A stretch of DNA of 64,000 bases. Origin: an uncultured Acidobacteriota bacterium. Its GTDB lineage: Bacteria; Acidobacteriota; Terriglobia; UBA7540. The translations under genes and the position numbers were made by a program. The notes beneath the pieces were generated by a model, which did no database searches, had not been told where the DNA came from, and saw only the letters and a list, made by a program, of their open reading frames with translations. Below, one piece after another: positions 1 through 10,457 of the stretch. Each line of letters begins with the position of its first letter. Within the stretch, counting starts at the first letter, position 1. Location of the stretch: NCBI GenBank assembly GCA_963804995.1, contig CAWDSK010000006.1, positions 1,856,001 through 1,920,000 of the forward strand. The letters are read 5' to 3'.

Positions 1-84
1 AAGGGGCTTTCAATCGATGACCCGATTCATCTTGGTAATCCAGAGAAACTCTGAAGTTTCACTTGGCACAAAGGAGGATTTGAA

Positions 85-1365
85 ATGACCGATCAATCCA
101 AGAAGCAGCTTGGCCGCAGGGAATTCCTGGGTGCAGCCGCGGCCGCAAGCTTTATGATCATGAAGCCGCAGTTGGTGCGCGGGACGCAGGCGAACTCCCA
201 GGTTCGTTTTGGAATTATGGGCTGCGGAGGCCGCGGCCACGCCGTAGGCACGGGCTTCGTGCAGGATGCCGGCGCGCGGGTCACCGCCCTGGCCGATCTC
301 TTCGGCGACAGGCTCGATGCCGCGCACAAGCACTACGACGAAATCCAGCAATCCAAGGGCTACGCGGCCATCGACCCGGCGCAACTCTTCAAAGGGCCGA
401 ATGCTTACAAAGATATTGCCGCCTCAAAGGAAGTTGACTTCATCCTTATTACTACGCCTCCCTACTTCCACACGCACCATCTGGAAACGGTGGTCGACGC
501 CGGCAAGCACGTCTATTGCGAAAAGCCCATCGCCGTGGATGTGCCGGGCGCCCACCACGCCATCCAAATCGGCGAAAAGGCGAAGGGCAAGCTGAGTCTC
601 GAGGTGGGATTCCAGATTCGCATGGCGCCCCCCATGGTGGAACTGACCCGCCGCATTCACGAGGGCGCGCTCGGCAAGATCGGGAGCGGGCTGGCTTACT
701 ATTACTGCTCGCACATCGACCTCAAAGATTGGCCCAATGCTTCGCCGGAAGAGAAGCGGCTGCGCAATTGGGTTTGGGACCGCAAGCTTTCCGGCGACAT
801 CATCGTGGAGCAGAACATCCACGTGATTGACATGTGCAACTGGATGCTCCAAGGGCACCCCTTGAAGGCCGTGGGTACGGGTGGCCGCAAGCTTCGTACC
901 GACCCAGGCGATTGCTGGGATAACTACAACGTGCTCTTTACTTATCCGGGCGACGTGCAAATCAGTTTTGGTTCCTGCCAAGTCGGCCATCCTACTTTTG
1001 ACGCTGCGGTCAGCTTGTTCGGAACGGAGGGCAGTTCCGAGGCGCATTACGATTGGCGCGTCAGCATTGCCGGTGACCACAAATGGGATGCGGGATTGGG
1101 CGCGGCACGTGAAACAGAACAATTCTCCGTCACGGGTAAGTTCAAGGGTTCGCTCGATCAAGCCGACGCCGAAAAGCAAAAGGGGTTCGTCGCCAGCATC
1201 ACCAGCGGGCAGTTCCACAACCAGGCCGCGCTGGGCGCGGAGTCAGCCATGAGCGCCATGCTGGGCCGTAATGCGGCATTGAAGGGCCACCCCCTTACCT
1301 GGGAGGAGCTGCAAAAGTCGAAGGAAGTGTACGATCCGAAGATCGATATCAGCAAGTTTGCGTGA
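85..1365 (+). CDS. Tat-exported Gfo/Idh/MocA family oxidoreductase
   Basis: RREFL twin-Arg signal, GIMGCGGRG Rossmann motif, HVYCEKP motif, IVEQNIH. Confidence 0.9.
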   Translation: MTDQSKKQLGRREFLGAAAAASFMIMKPQLVRGTQANSQVRFGIMGCGGRGHAVGTGFVQDAGARVTALADLFGDRLDAAHKHYDEIQQSKGYAAIDPAQLFKGPNAYKDIAASKEVDFILITTPPYFHTHHLETVVDAGKHVYCEKPIAVDVPGAHHAIQIGEKAKGKLSLEVGFQIRMAPPMVELTRRIHEGALGKIGSGLAYYYCSHIDLKDWPNASPEEKRLRNWVWDRKLSGDIIVEQNIHVIDMCNWMLQGHPLKAVGTGGRKLRTDPGDCWDNYNVLFTYPGDVQISFGSCQVGHPTFDAAVSLFGTEGSSEAHYDWRVSIAGDHKWDAGLGAARETEQFSVTGKFKGSLDQADAEKQKGFVASITSGQFHNQAALGAESAMSAMLGRNAALKGHPLTWEELQKSKEVYDPKIDISKFA

Positions 1366-1496
1366 TCGTTGCGAGGTGTCAGGTCTCAGCGGCTAGCGGC
1401 TGGGTACTGGGGGCTGGGGGCAAGGTGTAGTCTTCTCCCGCTAGCCTCCCGAACCTGACACCTCGCACCCGGCACCTTGTTCTCAAGGAGGTCATC

Positions 1497-2429
1497 ATGA
1501 AGCTGAATTCATCGCGTCGAGATTTCTTAAAGGTTTCCGTGGGAGCTGCAGTTGCGTCTCCCCTGGCATCGCTCCAGCCTGCCGCGGCAGGCCCCGCTGG
1601 TAGTGCTCCTGCGGCCGCTCCTGCCGGTGGAGGCATCAAGAAGGCCGTACAGATTTACATGTTACCCAAACAGTTGAGCTACGCTGACCGCTTCAAAATG
1701 GCCCGCGACGTGGGCTTTGAGGGCGTGGAAGGCCAAACCGTCACGGACCCGAAGATGGCCGAGGAAATCAAGAAGGCCGCGGAAGACGCCAAGATCCGCA
1801 TTCACTCTGTCATGAACATGGCGCATTGGGACAACCCGCTCTCCTCCAGCGATCCCGCCGTGGTGGAGAAATCCCTGGAGGGCATGCGGACTTCTCTGCA
1901 CAACGCCGCACTGTGGGGAGCGGACACCGTGCTGCTGGTCCCGGCCGTCGTCAATCCCCAGACGGGTTACCACGACGCCTGGACCCGCTCGCAGCGGCAG
2001 ATTCGCAAGCTCATCCCGCTGGCCGCGGAACTCAAGGTCGTCATCGCCATCGAGGAAGTCTGGAACAAGTTCCTGCTCAGCCCGCTTGAAATGCAGGCTT
2101 ACGTGACGGAGTTCCAGAGCCCCTGGATCAAAACCTACTTCGACGTCGGCAATGTGGTGCTATACGGTTATCCCCAGGACTGGATTCGCACCGTCGGAAG
2201 GATAATCGCCAAAGTTCACTTGAAGGACTTCAAGATGGGGAAAGGCTGGAGCCCTGTCACCGCGCAATTCGTGAACCTCGGCGAGGGTGACATTGACTGG
2301 GCAGAAGTGCGCAAAGCTTTCGCAGAGGTGGGTTACACGGGCTGGGCGACAACGGAGCTGGAGGCCGGCGACGAGGCCTACCTGCGCGACGTGAGCCAGC
2401 GCGTGGACAAGCTGGTGCTGGGATTGTGA
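1497..2429 (+). CDS. Tat-exported sugar phosphate isomerase/epimerase (xylose-isomerase-like TIM barrel)
   Basis: SRRDFLK signal; IEEVWNKFL, FDVGN, HLKD and TTE metal-ligand motifs. Confidence 0.85.
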   Translation: MKLNSSRRDFLKVSVGAAVASPLASLQPAAAGPAGSAPAAAPAGGGIKKAVQIYMLPKQLSYADRFKMARDVGFEGVEGQTVTDPKMAEEIKKAAEDAKIRIHSVMNMAHWDNPLSSSDPAVVEKSLEGMRTSLHNAALWGADTVLLVPAVVNPQTGYHDAWTRSQRQIRKLIPLAAELKVVIAIEEVWNKFLLSPLEMQAYVTEFQSPWIKTYFDVGNVVLYGYPQDWIRTVGRIIAKVHLKDFKMGKGWSPVTAQFVNLGEGDIDWAEVRKAFAEVGYTGWATTELEAGDEAYLRDVSQRVDKLVLGL

Positions 2430-2496
2430 CGGCGAATTCTGCGGGGAATTTCCCAGCACGCGGGATACTTGGTTCGAGCGGCGAGAAGCGTGAGGC

Positions 2497-4730
2497 CTAC
2501 CTCTCCGGCCTCAGGTAGACCACGCCCAGCGGCGGCAGGGTCAATTCCACGTGGCAAGGCTGGTTATGCCAGGGAAGCGGAATCGCCCTGGCGGCCGGTC
2601 CCATTGGTCACCCCGCTACCGCCAAACCTTGCATCGTCGGTATTCAATATCTCACGGTAGAAGCATGCCTCCGGCACGCCGACGCGATAGCCCGGGCGCG
2701 GCACAGGAGTGAAGTTGCACACCACCACCACATGCTCACCCGGGGTTTTGCCCTTCCGCAGGAAGGAGATCACGGAACTGTCGGCATCGTGAAAATCGAT
2801 CCATTGAAAGCCTGTGTGTCGAAGTCGATTTCGTGCAGCGACGGCTCCGCGCGGTAAATGTGGTTGAGTTCCGCCACCAGTTCCTGAAGCTTGCGGTGCG
2901 GTTCGTAGTCGAGCAGGTTCCAGTCCAGGCTCATGCGCAGGGTTCCATTCGCTCCATTGCCCGAATTCCACCCCCATGAAGAGCATTTTCTTTCCCGGGT
3001 GCGCGTAGAGAAAGGCGTAAAGCGCCCGCAGATTCGCAAACTTCTGCCAAGTGTCTCCCGGCATCTTGGCGAGCAATGAGCCCTTGCCGTGCACCACTTC
3101 GTCATGCGAAAGCGCCAGCACAAAATTCTCGCTGAAGGCGTAGAGCAGCGAGAAGGTCAGGCTGTTGTGGTGGTACTTGCGGTGGATGGGATCCATGGAG
3201 AAATATTGCAGCGTGTCGTGCATCCAGCCCATGTTCCACTTCAGGCTGAAGCCCAGCCCGCCGACGTAAGTCGGCCGCGAGACCATGGCCCAGGCGGTGG
3301 ACTCCTCCGCGATGGTCAGGATGCCGGGATGGTACTGGTAAGCCAGCTCGTTAAAGCGCTTGATGAAATCGATCGCCTCCAGGTTTTCGTTGCCCCCGTA
3401 ACGATTGGGAACCCACTCCCCAGGCTTGCGCGAATAGTCCAGGTAGAGCATGGACGCCACCGCATCGACGCGCAGGCCGTCGACGTGATATTTCTCCAGC
3501 CAAAACAGCGCGCTCGCCCAAAGGAAGTTGCGCACCTCGTTGCGGCCGTAGTTGAAGATGCGCGTGCCCCAATCGGGATGCTCGCGCAGGCGGGGATCCT
3601 CGTGCTCGTAAAGGTGCGTGCCGTCGAAAAACGCCAGGCCGTGGGCATCGGAGGGAAAATGCGCCGGCACCCAGTCCAGAATCACGCCGATCCCGTGCTG
3701 GTGCAAATGATCGACAAAGTACATGAAGTCTTCCGGCGTGCCGTAGCGGCTGGTGGGCGCGAAATAGCCGGTGGTCTGGTAACCCCAGGATTCGTCCAGG
3801 GGATGCTCCATCACCGGCATCAGCTCCACGTGCGTGAAGCCCATCTTCTCGACATAGTCCGCCAATTGCCCGGCGAGCTCGCGATAATTCAACACGCGAT
3901 GGTTTTCTTCCACGGCGCGCCGCCACGAACCCAGGTGGACTTCGTAAATCGCCAGCGGCGCGTCCAAGCTCTGGCGCATGGTGCGCTCGGCCATCCAGTC
4001 TTGGTCATTCCAGGCATAGCGATTGAGGTCGTAGACAATGGAAGCCGTCTTGGGCCGCTTCTCCGCTGTAGAACCCATAAGGGTCGGTCTTCAGCCCCAG
4101 GTAGTTGCGATGTCGCGCCCTTGATTTCATACTTGTAAATCTCACCCTCGCGCAATCCCGGGACGAAAAGTTCCCACACGCCGGTGGCGCCGCGCACGCG
4201 CAGAGGGTGGCGCCGGCCGTCCCAATGATTGAAGTCACCCACCACGCTCACACGTTGGGCGTTGGGGGCCCATACCGCAAAGGCCACGCCTTTCACGCCG
4301 GAGACTTCCGTCAGGTGTGCGCCCAGCTTTTCGTAGGTGTTGTCGTGCGTGCCCTCCGCCAGCAGGTAGAGATCGAAATCCGAGAGTACGGGGGAAAGCG
4401 GTAGGGATCCTCGAACTCCTGTTGTCCGGCGTAATCCGTGCGCAGGCGATAGGGAAACATGGCCTGCTCGCCCGGGAAGACCGCCTCAAAGAATCCATCG
4501 GCGTGAATCCGCTCGAGCGGCACCACGTCCGCCTCCGCCGGCCCGCGCACCACCCAGGCGCTATGGGCCCGCGGCAGAAACGCTCGGATCGCTACGGCCG
4601 CCTTGCCGTCTAACTCAACCAGGTGCATCCCCAGGATGTGGAAAGGGTCACCATGCTCGGCGTTGAGAATGAGCCCGATCTCCTCGATCGACGCCGTGGT
4701 CTTGGCCAGGAGTTTAATCTGCGTTGCCAT
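2497..4730 (-). CDS. glgB: 1,4-alpha-glucan branching enzyme, split by about 6 frameshifts (probable sequencing errors; pseudogene not excluded)
   Basis: [38 protein letters not shown] and [10 protein letters not shown] motifs spread over several frames; C-terminus [25 protein letters not shown] ends at the TAG at 2497. Confidence 0.93.
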
Positions 4731-4978
4731 CTCTTACATTGTACATGAAGGGAGCGCTGGGTGGGGGCATTCAGGTTGCGGAAGAACATTTCTCCGATGC
4801 CACCCCTAACGGGGCGTGAGAAACACTCACCTTTTTCCCCACGGCTTGCGCCGTGGGCCAAATGATGACGCCCGCTACGCGGGCGCGGGACTGGGCTGAG
4901 GATCTTCAAAGGTGGGGCAGGGGCAGTAGCGGGCTGAGTTGAGGCGCCGACCGACTGCCCCTGTTTGTGAGGTGAGCT

Positions 4979-6943
4979 TTAGCGTTTTCCTCCGTGCGAA
5001 CCGCCACCGCCTCCGCCGCCGTGGTTACCACCCCCACCGCCACCGCCGTGGCTTTCACCACCACCGCCGCGGGGAGTGGAGGAAGTGTGACCGCCTGCAG
5101 GCGCGGAGTTGGTCTTGCCGCCACCATAACTGCCGCCCCCGGCTGGGCGTTCACGCATGATGGGCCGGTTTAATTGCAGGGGTTGGCGGCCGGCGCCGTA
5201 GTACGATCCCCCTGAACGAGGGGCAGGCGCATTCCATCCGCCCGGGCCACCCGAGCGCGATTCATAAGCGCGGCTGGCCCCTCCCATCGGAACTTGCGAC
5301 GGCCGGCCGTAACCTTGCCAACTGCTCGTGCGGCCCTGCGGCGCTGGATTGCTTCTCTCGGAGCCCGGCATATTCACGGCCGCAGGCCAACGGTAGGTTT
5401 GGCTCGAGCCAGCAAACCTCTGCCAGTTTGGCGACTGAGATGAATTCGGAACCCCGCCGCGCCCGGTCACTTGGCCTTCGGCGCGAGGAGCGACCGCTCC
5501 AAACCGTCCTTGCTGAGTCGAGAAGTTACTTATGCGTCCTGCACCCACGGAGCTTCTGCTAAAGAAATGCTGGCCATTGGCCGAGGGCGAGGAGAAGCCC
5601 GCACGGTTCCCAACTCTTGCTCCGAAGTTGCCGCGGTTGGGCGCCACTGGCAACGCGCCGTGCATCATACTCGCGCCGTGCAGCATATTCTCACTCACGG
5701 GCTGGTAGTTGTTCCTGATGCGCCCGTTCACGAAATTCTGTGTGGAGACACTGGTGATGGCTCCTCGTATGCGCCCATTCGTCATCACGTTTTCCAGGTT
5801 CGATCCGTAGGGCCTGCCCCCAACATGTGTGAAGCCCCGGCCGTTAAGGTTCGAGAAATTCGTGGCGTTAAAGCCGCGGCCAGCTCCCCACCAGGGATGG
5901 AAGTTGTCACGCGGGCCGAGTGGCAACCAGCCAACCGAGCCAAAGCCGACGCCCACTCCAATGCCCCTACCACCGAAGCCAAAGAAGGAGACATAACCCG
6001 GTCCCCAACCCCCACGTCCACCATACATTCCCCGGCCCGGCCACCAGCGCCACCGGTCTCCATACATGAACCACCGGCCATAGTGGTAAGGCGCCCAACC
6101 CCAGGGTTCAAACCCGATCCAGGTCGATCCCCAGTAAGGCTCATCGACCCAAACGCCGTCGCGGTAGGGTACCCAACCCATATCCACTTGGGGAGTCCAG
6201 CACCAATCGTAGCCTGGCACTTCACTCCACTGGCCGTAAGCATCCAAGTCGCCCGCGCCCGTCACAGACGGATCGGTATGCCGGTAAGCCTGCGCTGAGG
6301 CAATCTGTTTGTCGCGGTCGAACGCCCACTTGTCGAAATCATCCCCAGCCGCCGCCTGGTCAACGCGATACTCCGGATTGTCGGCGCCATGGATGAAAAT
6401 GACTTGCCCGGCCTCTACCTTGGTGCTGCCCTGATTGGTAAGAACTTCCGCTTCGCCCCGGCGCACGATCAATTCCGTCTCCGTGGGGGAATCTACCTGA
6501 ATGCGAAAAACACCGTCCGATAAGGGGTGGACACCCATGTTAGGAGTATCAATCTCCATGTCGGCTTGCGTGCCTTTGAAAACGCTGAGTTCCGCCAGGC
6601 CCGACGCCATCTGAATTTGGATCTTGTTGGGGCTCAAGGTGGCAAGCTGCGCTTCCGTGCTCTGGTCGAAGCGCAGGATGTTGGCGAAGTCGAGCTGGAT
6701 TTCGGCGCGCGATCTGGCCGCTGTGGCCACCCGGTCGCCCGCCATCACCGGAGTGTTGACGGTAGCCGCCGCGCCTTCAGTGGAATCTCCGTGCATCAGG
6801 GAAACATCACCGTGCACGACGCTGATGCGAGCCACGGCGGGCTCAGGCCCCGCTCCGGGGTCGGGCCCGTCCTGGGCCGGAAGGCTAGCTGAGAATCCAA
6901 AGGTAAGAACTGCAAGCGTGATTAAAAGCAATCGGTTTTTCAT
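4979..6943 (-). CDS. Exported FecR-domain / DUF6600-type protein with Trp-rich repeats and Gly-rich disordered tail
   Basis: Signal peptide from MKNRLLL; FecR-like beta region; WVPYRDGVW and PWGWAPYHYGRW motifs. Confidence 0.8.
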   Translation of the reverse strand: MKNRLLLITLAVLTFGFSASLPAQDGPDPGAGPEPAVARISVVHGDVSLMHGDSTEGAAATVNTPVMAGDRVATAARSRAEIQLDFANILRFDQSTEAQLATLSPNKIQIQMASGLAELSVFKGTQADMEIDTPNMGVHPLSDGVFRIQVDSPTETELIVRRGEAEVLTNQGSTKVEAGQVIFIHGADNPEYRVDQAAAGDDFDKWAFDRDKQIASAQAYRHTDPSVTGAGDLDAYGQWSEVPGYDWCWTPQVDMGWVPYRDGVWVDEPYWGSTWIGFEPWGWAPYHYGRWFMYGDRWRWWPGRGMYGGRGGWGPGYVSFFGFGGRGIGVGVGFGSVGWLPLGPRDNFHPWWGAGRGFNATNFSNLNGRGFTHVGGRPYGSNLENVMTNGRIRGAITSVSTQNFVNGRIRNNYQPVSENMLHGASMMHGALPVAPNRGNFGARVGNRAGFSSPSANGQHFFSRSSVGAGRISNFSTQQGRFGAVAPRAEGQVTGRGGVPNSSQSPNWQRFAGSSQTYRWPAAVNMPGSERSNPAPQGRTSSWQGYGRPSQVPMGGASRAYESRSGGPGGWNAPAPRSGGSYYGAGRQPLQLNRPIMRERPAGGGSYGGGKTNSAPAGGHTSSTPRGGGGESHGGGGGGGNHGGGGGGGSHGGKR

Positions 6944-7210
6944 GGCCCACCTCGAACGAACTTGCCTGGTCGTACTCCAAATAACGTCCGGCCTGTATAG
7001 GGCACGCCCCATGCCAAACTTAGGAATTACAAATGCCGCCCATCTTATTGACGGACAATAGGTTAGGCAAAGCCCCTGGGATGGCCGGGATTACAAGGCC
7101 GCAACGCCCTGCCTAAATTCAGCCGCTCGGTGGCCCTTTTCAGCCAGCGGGGCGGGGTGACTGGACTGAAGGGAATAACCACCCCGGCGCTCGGAGCCCC
7201 GCCTACTGTA

Positions 7211-7316
7211 ACCACCCCGGCGCTCCGCGCGCCACCCCTCCTAAATCAGGAGGGGAGTTCTTCAAAGACTCCCCGCCTCAGATGAGGAGGGGTGGCGCGT
7301 TGGGCGCCGGGGTGGT
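7211..7316. repeat. Long palindromic REP-like element
   Basis: accaccccggcgc...ccacccctcct ... aggaggggtggcgcg...gcgccggggtggt inverted arms; partial extra arm at ~7178. Confidence 0.75.
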
Positions 7317-7356
7317 GCTGACAAGGGAATAATGGAACAATAATAAAAAAACCCGC

Positions 7357-8067
7357 CTACTCCCACGCGAGCTCTATCAGGTTCTTCAGCAGCGTGCAGT
7401 CTTTGCATCCCGCGCTTGACTTAGGGGGGCGTTTGAGATCGTAGATCTCTCGAACCTTGGCGAGCAGCGGGGGAATGGTCTTCGGCTTAAGCTCCACCGG
7501 CACGATATGCGCGCTGAATTCCATCACAAATCCCGCCTCAGTCAGGTGCGATTCGTTCACCACTGCAGCGCTGTCCGTGACGGGCTCAGTGTAGACAAGC
7601 GCCAGACCCGACACAGGAGAGAATCCGTAGGGCTCAGCGATGAACGCATAGGCGTTCAACTGCGTGTCGTACATCGGTAATAGTACATCCTGATGAGCAG
7701 TGAACTTGGCGGTCTTGTAATCGACAATCAGGTACGATCCGTCGCGCCTCACCAGGATTCCATCCGGCGTACCGCGCAGAACGATGTTGGTCTCGCGGCT
7801 CTCGACGCGGAACTTGGAGTAATGCGGGGGCTCGCGGTAACCCTGGAGGTCTCCGAGTGCAGCGAGCCACGGAGGCGCGCACTGGTGACGGTCAAACCAC
7901 CCGTGTACGAGCCGCTTGCCATAGGAATCAATCGAACTGAAGATCCCGGGGAAGATCTGGTAAGGGAGTCCTTCCGCGTGCATCTCAATCCAGAAGCAGC
8001 GCGGGCAGAAGTCCGGCATGGCCACCGCGCCCAAGGTCTTCGCGGAAATAGTGAGAGGTTCTGGCAC
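7357..8067 (-). CDS. PD-(D/E)xK nuclease, RecB/Cas4-like, stand-alone
   Basis: GTPDG...IVDYKT catalytic motif, QLNAY (QxxxY), N-terminal CPRC and C-terminal CKDC. Confidence 0.8.
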   Translation of the reverse strand: MPEPLTISAKTLGAVAMPDFCPRCFWIEMHAEGLPYQIFPGIFSSIDSYGKRLVHGWFDRHQCAPPWLAALGDLQGYREPPHYSKFRVESRETNIVLRGTPDGILVRRDGSYLIVDYKTAKFTAHQDVLLPMYDTQLNAYAFIAEPYGFSPVSGLALVYTEPVTDSAAVVNESHLTEAGFVMEFSAHIVPVELKPKTIPPLLAKVREIYDLKRPPKSSAGCKDCTLLKNLIELAWE

Positions 8068-8303
8068 AGCTTTCTCCGGCGTCGACGAGAATTCGCTGCA
8101 ACCATTCTACGCCACCCGGGCGCGCTTGCGCAGGCAATTGAAGGAAATTTTGAATCTTGAATTTTGAATTATGAATGTGAGGAATGACCCGGTGGCCCGA
8201 TTTCAAGTAGTGACTCAGTTAAACGCCAATCTACTCCGCCATAATCCACGCGCTTGACCGTTCTCCTGCCATGAGGACGCGGGATTTATGCGATACGCGC
8301 CCT

Positions 8304-9875
8304 CTAGTCGGCATAGGTCAGGCGGATAAGGGCTACACCGTGCGGACCGACCTCGGTGGAGAATTCCTCAGCGGCATCCCCGATATCCTTTTGCCGCCAG
8401 ACATCGTGCAGATGGAATCGCCCGTTCAGGCCGAGTTCTGACCACTTCACCGTCAGCTTTCCCTTCGTCCCTGCCAGGTTGAATAGCCCAACGGCAAGCG
8501 TGCCATCTTCGAGCGGTTTCGATAGAACAAATTCATTGGCGATGTGCCTTACGATCCTCGCCTGCTTCCCCAACGCATCCTGGTCAATGTCGATGACTTC
8601 TGAGTTGCAGAGAACGTTCAGGGTAAAGGCATCCAGGCGGGTCATAACGCCAGAGTAAAATAACGGCGAGGCCATCAGCGACCACATCGACATGTAGCTG
8701 TACTGCTCGTTGGGGGTCAGAGCTGTCCGCTGGGGCGGGTCCTGTTCATGCAAAGCGTTTCCGACGTAGCCGATCAAAATGTAATCCGGATCATTCCAGT
8801 GACCTGGGCCCGCGGCAGCAGAATGCTCAGCGTTGGCAAAACCAATCTCGTAGAACCCTGGCAACTGATGGCCTTTTGCCACGCCGAGATCGCCCGTGGT
8901 ACGCCAAAGGTTGCCCTTGACCGCCGCTCCCCAGTTCCACACGTCGGCCAAGCCGTATTGGCACATATTGAAGACGATGTCGCGGTTGAGCTGGCTGAGG
9001 ATTCCCCCCATCAGCCGGTAGGGCCGCTGGTGATCTTCCAATATCTTGGCCGGAAAGGCCCGGCCGTAAGAGCACAAATCGTACTTCAGAAAATCAAATC
9101 CCCAATCGGCAAACTGCTGGGCATCCACCTGCTCATGGCCGTAACTGGCGGTGAAGCCGCCGCAAGTCAAGGGACCTGGGCCGGTGTAAATCCCCGCCTT
9201 CAGGCCACGTTCATGGATATGGGCGGTAAGGCCGTGCATGTCGGGAAATCGGTCATTGGGCAGAATTGCCCCCGCCGGGCCACGCTGTGTTCCACCTAAT
9301 AATGGGTCCTTGGATCCGGGTTTCCTCATCCAGCAATCATCGATATCCACGTACTGATAGCCGAAGTCCGCCATTCCTGAAGTAATCATGGAGTCGGCCG
9401 CCTCGCGGATTACCTTGTCGGTGATTCGATCGTAGTACGTGTACCAATCGTTCCACCCCATGGGGGGCGTCAGAGCCAGGGAGTCGCCGACGACAAGCTT
9501 GAAAGGACGCGAACTGCTCCCTGCACGGTTGGCGGCGTGAAGGGTGATCGCGTAATTGCCTCGATGCTCGGGAACTTTGCCAGTGATGATGCCGGTGCTA
9601 TCGTCCAGGCGAAGCGAAGGGGGCAGACTTTCCGCGGAGAAGCGGATGGGCCGGGCGCCCGTACACGGAATGCGGTACACAAAGGTGTGGCCAGGCCGAG
9701 CACCGTAGATTTTTGGCCCGTTGATTTTAGCCGCCGGGCCGGGCGAGGGCGTCAGGATCGGCCCGGTAGCTTCCTCAACCCCTGGAAGCCCCATCACCAT
9801 GGAGACAATCATCAAAAGGGCAGCCGTACAAAGCAAGAGCTTATAATTCCACTTTGACAATTCTGGAGCCTTCAT
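8304..9875 (-). CDS. GH27 alpha-galactosidase with N-terminal putative Ig domain, exported
   Basis: ALTPPMGWNDW, YVDIDDCW, FLKYDLC, WRTTGD, GHWNDPD. Confidence 0.9.
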   Translation of the reverse strand: MKAPELSKWNYKLLLCTAALLMIVSMVMGLPGVEEATGPILTPSPGPAAKINGPKIYGARPGHTFVYRIPCTGARPIRFSAESLPPSLRLDDSTGIITGKVPEHRGNYAITLHAANRAGSSSRPFKLVVGDSLALTPPMGWNDWYTYYDRITDKVIREAADSMITSGMADFGYQYVDIDDCWMRKPGSKDPLLGGTQRGPAGAILPNDRFPDMHGLTAHIHERGLKAGIYTGPGPLTCGGFTASYGHEQVDAQQFADWGFDFLKYDLCSYGRAFPAKILEDHQRPYRLMGGILSQLNRDIVFNMCQYGLADVWNWGAAVKGNLWRTTGDLGVAKGHQLPGFYEIGFANAEHSAAAGPGHWNDPDYILIGYVGNALHEQDPPQRTALTPNEQYSYMSMWSLMASPLFYSGVMTRLDAFTLNVLCNSEVIDIDQDALGKQARIVRHIANEFVLSKPLEDGTLAVGLFNLAGTKGKLTVKWSELGLNGRFHLHDVWRQKDIGDAAEEFSTEVGPHGVALIRLTYAD

Positions 9876-9894
9876 AGCTTCACTCCTTTTCAGT

Positions 9895-10079
9895 CCAATT
9901 TACTCCACCTTGATCAAATTCACGCGCTTGACCGTTCTCCTGCGCTGAGGTGGAATCGCCCGTTCAGGCCGAATTCTGCCGACTTTACCGTCAGCCTTCC
10001 CTTCGTCTCTGCCAGGTTGAAGAGCCCGACGGCAAGCGCGCCAGCTTCGAGCGGTTTCGATGGAAGCAATTCATTAGCG
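9895..10079 (-). pseudogene. Relic copy of the 3' part and downstream flank of the alpha-galactosidase gene
   Basis: 9951-10079 aligns with 8413-8541; 9895-9950 aligns with ~8226-8276. Confidence 0.75.
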
Positions 10080-10258
10080 GCGTGCCGGGAGTGACTCATT
10101 TTGAATTCATGCAGGCTGGCCGTCGTAACGGCTCTCAAGTAGTAGGTCAACTCCTGCCATTATGGCACGCCCCTTTGAGGTGTCCAGCCGAAACCTGCCG
10201 CCTCAAATTTCAAATTGAGTCACTACCCGATTCTCGGTGGTGGGTCAGTGCGGATTGT

Positions 10259-10326
10259 TGTAGCGGCGGTCTCCGACCGCCGGCTTTGGATTCAATAGAT
10301 TCCGGCGCTCAGAGACCGCCGCTACA
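10259..10326. repeat. GTAG-type REP doublet (REPIN-like)
   Basis: tgtagcggcggtctc ... gagaccgccgctaca inverted arms. Confidence 0.8.
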
Positions 10327-10457
10327 GCAAATTGACCCACTACCGGATTTCCGCCGAGGTTGTCATTTGACGGCACTTGGGGGAGAATGCGAGGCGCGTT
10401 CGCTTCGTGCATTGCGGATCGACCGTGGAAATGCTCTGATGCGACCCTGAGGCCTTC

